Below, in pieces: positions 58,477 to 64,000 of a stretch of 64,000 nt of DNA. The notes beneath the pieces are model-generated. The model had not been told where the DNA came from. It saw nothing but the letters and a program-made list of their open reading frames with translations, and did not search any database. Positions within the stretch are counted from its first letter, which is position 1. Every line of letters starts with the position of its first letter. Position numbers and translations under genes: made by a program. This DNA is from an uncultured Spirochaetales bacterium (GTDB taxonomy: Bacteria; Spirochaetota; Spirochaetia; CAYLLE01), in the NCBI GenBank assembly GCA_964618265.1, contig CAZUAE010000006.1, positions 18,830 to 82,829 on the forward strand. The letters run 5' to 3'.

Positions 58477-60660
58477 ATGAATATTATTGAGATATTAAAA
58501 GAAGAACCTCCGGCCGGGTCCGAAATCAGACTGGTGGATGGAATTCCTAAATTTTTCCTGAATGGAAAGAAAACCTATCCCTTTTTTGCCTTGAGTGTCG
58601 GTATGTATGAAACCATCGAGGGATACACAAAATCGGGTATTGACTTTTTTGCTCCTATAATAGGTTTGGATATTGGATGGCAGGGTCCGGGGAAGTATGA
58701 TTGGAGTTTTTTGGACAACTTCTTCTATCGGCTCTTGGAGCTGAATGAAAACGCCTGTTTTTTACCCCGTATAACCTTAACAGCTCCGCTTTGGTGGAAA
58801 GATTCACATAAAGAGGAATGTATTTGTTATGGTCTTTCCGCTCCGGAAAAACGGTTTCGCCGGCAGGAATCGGTAGGCGAAGGAGGGCTGAATTGGAATG
58901 CCGGTTCCGATATGTACGATGTTTCCTTTGCTTCGGAAATTTGGAAAAGGGATACCGAAAAAACCTTAAAAGATTTTATCAATCATATGGAAAACTCACC
59001 GCTGGTTTCCCGGATGATGGGGTATCAGGTTACAAGCGGTATGACCGGAGAATGGCACTACCCAGGAAGCGAATATCTTCCGGACTATTCAGGTCCCATG
59101 AGGGAATTCTGCGGAGAAGTGCCGGATCCTCAATCAAGAATTGGAAGTACCTTAGGACTCCTCCGGGACCCAGAGCAGGAATCTCAGGTGATGCACTTCT
59201 ACCGGGAATATCACCGGAATACCGCGGAAACAATTATTCGGTTTGCTAAGTGCGTTAAAGAGGTTACAGATAACCGGGTGCTCTGCGGTACTTTTTACTG
59301 TTACATTACAGAAAATGTTTATATTCAGGAGTGCGGTCATCTCTCTCCTATGACCGTGCTTAGGAGTCCCTGCATCGATTATGTAGCCTGCCCGTATACC
59401 TATCTTTCCACAAATATTCCGGATAAGGAAAAATGGGAAACCGACGTGACCGACGGCGCGGGAAATCTTATTGGAAGAGGACGGGGAGCCGGGGGGGACG
59501 GCGGTTACCGAATTCCTCTGGAATCGGTCAAAAGACACGGTAAGCTTTTCATTGCTGAACTTGATCCTACCACCTATTTAGAGCCTGTAAAGGCAACGGA
59601 AGGCGGAAGCGGACATCAAACCCCTCAGGGTACCTTGGATCTTTTAGCGAGGGACATGGCCAAGGTATTTGCCTTGGGAATCGGCGGCTGGTTCTACGAT
59701 TTTGGACATCTGAAACAACGGTTCAAAGCAAACCGCGGCTGGTACGATGATGAACCGATGCACGATCTTATCAGGAAATATGTGTCCTTAGGCAAAAAGA
59801 GGGAGAACCGGAAAAACGGAGGTAATGAGGGGAAATCTTTCGCGGAAATTGCCGTTGTTTACAGCGCCGAATCTTTTACCGCCACCCGTCATTGGAAAGA
59901 TTCGGGATGCAGGTTTACCCGGAGCCAGGATTTCTTCAACTACTGGTTCCTGGATGTCCAGAGCAGAGGAATCTGCCGGATCGGTGCACCAGCGGATGAA
60001 TACTTCCTGGAGGATTTTATTAAGCTTCATGATAAATCTTATAAGTTTGTTCTGTTTCCCAATGCATTTCTGCTTTCTTCAGAGCAGATTGCGGAACTGA
60101 AATGTCAACTTGCGGGAAGCGGAGGAACCGCTCTCTGGTATTATGCTCCCGGTATTCTCTCCCGTAAAGATTTTTCTTTTGAACGGATGGAAGAACTTAC
60201 GGGGATCCGTTTTTCAAGAAGCCTCGAAGAGGGTTCATTTCTTATAGATACCAATTTTGCGGATAATATCGGTAAATTCGGTGCCCCGGAGAAGATGCGG
60301 CCGCGGTTGCGGGTTACCGATGAGGATGCGGAAGTACTTGGGAACTGGTCGGACGGAGGCGGCACTGCTTTCGCAAAGAAAGAAACAAACGGGTTCACCT
60401 CAATTTACTCCGGGACAGCTCCTGTACCTCCCGGTATATTGCGTAAACTCTCAGAATCCGCGGGGGTTGCCATGGTGAGTTCAAGACAGGACGCGGTATT
60501 CGGTACCGATGCATCGGTATGCGTCATAGCCGCTGAATCAGGAGAACGGAAGGTTTCTCTTCCTGTCCCGATGCGGGATGCCTTTGATGAAGAAGATGAG
60601 GTGAAAGATAAGCACAAGATAAATCTCCGTCTCGGCGAAGTGAAACTTTACGTTACCTAA
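58477..60660 (+). CDS. Hypothetical protein, possibly a GH42/GH35-like TIM-barrel glycosidase
   Basis: 727 aa. The N-terminal region (GWQGPGKYDWSFLDNFFYRLLELNENACFLPRITLTAPLWW) resembles a beta-galactosidase-type barrel. No confident assignment. Confidence 0.45.
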   Translation: MNIIEILKEEPPAGSEIRLVDGIPKFFLNGKKTYPFFALSVGMYETIEGYTKSGIDFFAPIIGLDIGWQGPGKYDWSFLDNFFYRLLELNENACFLPRITLTAPLWWKDSHKEECICYGLSAPEKRFRRQESVGEGGLNWNAGSDMYDVSFASEIWKRDTEKTLKDFINHMENSPLVSRMMGYQVTSGMTGEWHYPGSEYLPDYSGPMREFCGEVPDPQSRIGSTLGLLRDPEQESQVMHFYREYHRNTAETIIRFAKCVKEVTDNRVLCGTFYCYITENVYIQECGHLSPMTVLRSPCIDYVACPYTYLSTNIPDKEKWETDVTDGAGNLIGRGRGAGGDGGYRIPLESVKRHGKLFIAELDPTTYLEPVKATEGGSGHQTPQGTLDLLARDMAKVFALGIGGWFYDFGHLKQRFKANRGWYDDEPMHDLIRKYVSLGKKRENRKNGGNEGKSFAEIAVVYSAESFTATRHWKDSGCRFTRSQDFFNYWFLDVQSRGICRIGAPADEYFLEDFIKLHDKSYKFVLFPNAFLLSSEQIAELKCQLAGSGGTALWYYAPGILSRKDFSFERMEELTGIRFSRSLEEGSFLIDTNFADNIGKFGAPEKMRPRLRVTDEDAEVLGNWSDGGGTAFAKKETNGFTSIYSGTAPVPPGILRKLSESAGVAMVSSRQDAVFGTDASVCVIAAESGERKVSLPVPMRDAFDEEDEVKDKHKINLRLGEVKLYVT

Positions 60661-60675
60661 AAACGGTCCGGAACA

Positions 60676-62049
60676 ATGACTGGAAAAAAAGTATTTTTAC
60701 AGTATAATGGTTCGGTAATGGACGGAATTGCCATAAAAGAACAGGTTAACTTGATCCGGGAGGTATTTGCCTATATCAACCGTTTTAAGGAGAACCTTTT
60801 TGTAATTAAAATAAATTATGATATTATTGATCATTCCTCACTGCCGGCGGTGATGAAAGATTTAGCGATATTACACCAGAACGGCATTCGGTTGGTTTTA
60901 GTAGCGGGAGCAAGGCAGCGGATAGACGACGTTTTGGACCGCTACGGAATAGACCGGCTTATGTCGGGTGATACCAGGATATCTCCGCCTGAAGCCATGC
61001 CCTTTATTCAAATGGCCGCTTTTGATGCAGCAAATAAAGTAATGACCCACCTGAGCGGAAACAATATCAATGCTATCATTGGGAATTGGGTACGGGCCCG
61101 GAGCATCGGGGTAAGAGAGGGGATCGATTACCAGAATACCGGGAGTGTAGACCGGATAAAATTAACATTAATAAACCGGCTTTTAGAAGAGAGATTCATA
61201 CCCATATTCCCCTGTATCGGCTGGAACGAAATGGGAGCGCCGTATAATATCTCTTCAAATGAATTGGCTGCCCGGCTGGCCGTTGAATTGAGCGCGGACA
61301 AGGCCTTTTTTATCACGGGACTGAGAAAAATTACCAGAGAAAGGTTTACTCTTCCGGAAACGATACCTTTTGATGAAACCGATGTGGTGTCCCGGATGAG
61401 TGTGGAGGAGGCTGAGAATTTCTTAAAGGTCAATGATGCCGCGGATTCTTCTGATCCTGTTCTGTCTCTGGTAAGTTATGGAGTTGAGGCCTGCCGGGGA
61501 GGAGTAAAACGGTCCCATATTGTGGACGGGACTGAAGACGGGGTTATCCTCAAAGAGATCTTCTCCAATCTTGGTTCCGGTACGATGATATATACCAACG
61601 AATATGAGGTATTACGTCCCATGAACCGGGATGATATACCCCCGGTATTGCGGATCATGAAACCTTTCGCGGAGCAGAATATTCTGGTGAACCGAACGGC
61701 ATCGGATCTGAGCCGTCTGCAGAACGATTTTGTGGTATATGAAGTGGATGGAACTATCCACGGCTGCGGAGCCCTGCACCGGTATTCCGGGAACACCGGT
61801 GAAATTGCCGGGATCGCGGTTGATAAAGCATTTGCCCATTTAGGTATTGGTAACAGAATTGTCAATTATCTTATACAGAAGGCGAGAAAAATTGGTATTC
61901 AGAGGATTTTTTTATTAACCACACGCGCCTCCGATTGGTTTTTCCGATTAGGTTTTAAGAATGCCGACTTAAGTGATTTGCCGGAAGAGCGGAAAGCCTC
62001 TTACGACAAGTCAAGAAATTCCCGGATAATGGTCTATGAAGTCGTGTAA
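60676..62049 (+). CDS. argA: Amino-acid N-acetyltransferase (N-acetylglutamate synthase), bifunctional kinase-fold plus GNAT
   Basis: N-terminal amino-acid-kinase fold (VIKINYDII...LVLVAGARQ) and C-terminal GNAT (GEIAGIAVDKAFAHLGIGNRIV). 457 aa, like ArgA. Confidence 0.75.
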   Translation: MTGKKVFLQYNGSVMDGIAIKEQVNLIREVFAYINRFKENLFVIKINYDIIDHSSLPAVMKDLAILHQNGIRLVLVAGARQRIDDVLDRYGIDRLMSGDTRISPPEAMPFIQMAAFDAANKVMTHLSGNNINAIIGNWVRARSIGVREGIDYQNTGSVDRIKLTLINRLLEERFIPIFPCIGWNEMGAPYNISSNELAARLAVELSADKAFFITGLRKITRERFTLPETIPFDETDVVSRMSVEEAENFLKVNDAADSSDPVLSLVSYGVEACRGGVKRSHIVDGTEDGVILKEIFSNLGSGTMIYTNEYEVLRPMNRDDIPPVLRIMKPFAEQNILVNRTASDLSRLQNDFVVYEVDGTIHGCGALHRYSGNTGEIAGIAVDKAFAHLGIGNRIVNYLIQKARKIGIQRIFLLTTRASDWFFRLGFKNADLSDLPEERKASYDKSRNSRIMVYEVV

Positions 62050-62067
62050 TACAGGATTGATTCTACA

Positions 62068-63090
62068 TTGGAGTGTTCGATGAAGATTAAAGGAGCTTTT
62101 TTCTTAAAATCCGGCAGCAATAATATAAACAGGGTATATTCCCGTAGAAGCCGGCGCATAATTCAGGAGCATGTCGATATGACCCCCGGTGTGATCAATA
62201 CGGAAAATATCCAAAAGCGGGTAGATGATGTGCAGGGAATCGAAGCGGCATTTTCTACTTGGGGTATGCCGGTCTTCTCAGCTGAAGAGATCGGCAGATA
62301 TTTCCCTAAGCTCAAAGTACTGTTCTACGGTGCCGGGAGTGTTCAGCGGTTTGCCCGTCCTTTTTTGGAACAGGGTATAACAGTGGTAAGCGCCTGGGGA
62401 GCAAACGGAGTACCTGTTGCTGAGTATACCGCTTCGCTGATTCTTTTAGTTAACAAAGGTTTTTTTCCTGTTTTAAATACCTATACAGCGAACGGGCACA
62501 GAGAAGCTAGAACTCTTTCAGAGGGGTTTCCCGGAAATTACCGCACAAAAACCGGTATCGTCGGCGCGGGAATGATCGGTTCTCTGGTTATTAAACTCTT
62601 AAACAAAACAGATTTAGATTTGATGGTGTTTGATCCCTATCTGCCTGACGCTGATGCTGAGGCTTTAGGTGTTAAAAAAGTTTCCTTAGAGGAGTTATTC
62701 GCGTCCTGCCAGACAATATCCAATCACCTTGCCAATCTTCCTGCCACGAAAGGAATACTGAATAAAACTCTTTTTGAGCGGATGCCGGAAACCGCGGCAT
62801 TTATCAATACCGGAAGAGGAGCTCAAGTTGTAGAAGCTGATTTAGTGGAAGCACTGAAGGAGGAACCGGGAAGAACGGCGATTCTGGATGTGACTGATCC
62901 AGAGCCCGTACCGGCGGATAGTGAATTACTCCGCATGCCCAATGTAATCATAACTCCCCACATTGCCGGCAGTACAGGTTCTGAAGTTATGCGGATGGGG
63001 GATTATATGGCGGAAGAGTTGGTAAGATATATACGGGGAACGAATTTGAAATATGCCGTAACGCTGTCTATGCTGGAACGGATGGCGTGA
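62068..63090 (+). CDS. D-isomer-specific 2-hydroxyacid dehydrogenase family protein
   Basis: GIVGAGMIGSLV NAD-binding motif and C-terminal catalytic His region (ITPHIAGST). Confidence 0.8.
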   Translation: MECSMKIKGAFFLKSGSNNINRVYSRRSRRIIQEHVDMTPGVINTENIQKRVDDVQGIEAAFSTWGMPVFSAEEIGRYFPKLKVLFYGAGSVQRFARPFLEQGITVVSAWGANGVPVAEYTASLILLVNKGFFPVLNTYTANGHREARTLSEGFPGNYRTKTGIVGAGMIGSLVIKLLNKTDLDLMVFDPYLPDADAEALGVKKVSLEELFASCQTISNHLANLPATKGILNKTLFERMPETAAFINTGRGAQVVEADLVEALKEEPGRTAILDVTDPEPVPADSELLRMPNVIITPHIAGSTGSEVMRMGDYMAEELVRYIRGTNLKYAVTLSMLERMA

Positions 63091-63114
63091 GATTTTCAAG
63101 GCCGGTATAACGCA

Positions 63115-64000
63115 ATGAAGAGGCCGAGACTTGTTCATCAATATTTACTGATTACCTTTATTATTCTTGCAATTATAGTTTTCCTCGCTGCCAGTTCTGC
63201 CGGAGCCGTTCAGCGGGGAATAAATAATACTGCAAAAGAAAATTTGATGAGAATGGCTGCTGTAATTATTAATCTGCGGCCTTCCGATATGTTTGAAAAA
63301 CCTGGTGCTGCCCATCATTTTGCTCAGGAAGCCGCTGCTGATCTGAATTCAAGGTTCACAATTATCGATAAAGACGGAAATGTTTTAGGAGATTCTCATC
63401 GGGATCCCTCTATTATGGACAACCACGCGGGGCGGCCGGAAATACGGGAGATATTTCATAATGGGGACGGAATTTCGGTACGCTATAGCGATACCATGCA
63501 GCAGAAAATGTTCTATGCAGCTGTCCCTGTAATATCCTCTGAAGGAATGGAAGGAATAGTACGGGTAGCGGTGCCCTATATGCAGGTTCAGGAATCGGCA
63601 AAAGTAATGCCGTTCATTCATATCCTTCAGGCAGCACTGTCGGTAGTAGTTGTCATTGGTTCGTTATTTTTCCTCTTCCGTTCCGTCAAGCGTCCGCTGG
63701 AAAATATCCGCAAAGGAACTTCGGAATATTCCATCGGCAACTATACCTATACCATATCCATTCGAGCTCCCATGGAATTAGAATCTCTTGCGAATATGAT
63801 GACCCATATGGCAGCGGAAATAAGAAGAAAGCTGTTGGATCTTACTGAGGAGAGAAATGAAATTGAATCAGTTCTGGATGCTATGCAGGAACCGGTGGTT
63901 CTCGTAGACTCGAAGCTTAGAATTATGCGGATTAATCCCGCCGCGCTCCGTCTTGTGGAACCCGGGAGAACCCGGATTATGGGTAAATCAGTAATTGATG
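63115..64000 (+). CDS. Sensor histidine kinase, N-terminal part (continues beyond window end)
   Basis: ATG at 63115, TM, periplasmic-like domain, second TM, HAMP and start of a PAS domain. No stop before position 64000. Confidence 0.65.
   Translation, partial: MKRPRLVHQYLLITFIILAIIVFLAASSAGAVQRGINNTAKENLMRMAAVIINLRPSDMFEKPGAAHHFAQEAAADLNSRFTIIDKDGNVLGDSHRDPSIMDNHAGRPEIREIFHNGDGISVRYSDTMQQKMFYAAVPVISSEGMEGIVRVAVPYMQVQESAKVMPFIHILQAALSVVVVIGSLFFLFRSVKRPLENIRKGTSEYSIGNYTYTISIRAPMELESLANMMTHMAAEIRRKLLDLTEERNEIESVLDAMQEPVVLVDSKLRIMRINPAALRLVEPGRTRIMGKSVID

Overview
This 64-kb window reads as ordinary chromosome from a motile, signalling-rich anaerobe. It holds about 60 protein-coding genes on both strands at roughly 45-50% GC, with no rRNA, tRNA or CRISPR array visible. 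A guess at the source is a spirochaete-like organism, based only on gene content (chemotaxis cheW/cheY and a chemoreceptor, many c-di-GMP and sensor-kinase genes).

Recognisable content, by theme:
- Central metabolism: NADP-glutamate dehydrogenase, phosphoglycerate kinase, GTP cyclohydrolase II, N-acetylglutamate synthase.
- Signalling: several sensor histidine kinases, GGDEF/EAL proteins, a class III nucleotidyl cyclase, an ECF sigma/anti-sigma pair.
- Carbohydrate enzymes: GH4, GH37 trehalase, a sulfatase, a long galactokinase-like kinase, a solute-binding protein.
- B12-linked enzymes: a B12-binding radical SAM enzyme, a PduO-type adenosyltransferase, a URO-D/MtaA-like protein.

Observations worth a second look:
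1. A dispersed family of structured non-coding repeats of about 145 bp, five full or partial copies. Each sits in an intergenic or promoter region, and an inverted pair brackets the gdhA-lipoprotein segment.
2. An operon joining a B12-radical SAM enzyme, a small membrane protein and an ECF sigma/anti-sigma pair.
3. A patchwork locus combining ribA, a stand-alone RibD-C reductase, a PTPS/QueD-like protein lacking the catalytic Cys, two methyltransferases, two oxidoreductases, a GT4 and an unusual CDP-alcohol-phosphatidyltransferase/LtaS-like fusion.
4. A GNAT-histidine-kinase-like fusion protein.
5. An AAC(3)-family acetyltransferase translationally coupled to a multi-PAS kinase.
6. Decayed remnants of an ABC-F ATPase and of a YesMN-like two-component system.

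Several start codons in the supplied ORF track were re-positioned from motif, SD and codon evidence. All functional calls rest on motif recognition by eye and carry the stated uncertainty.
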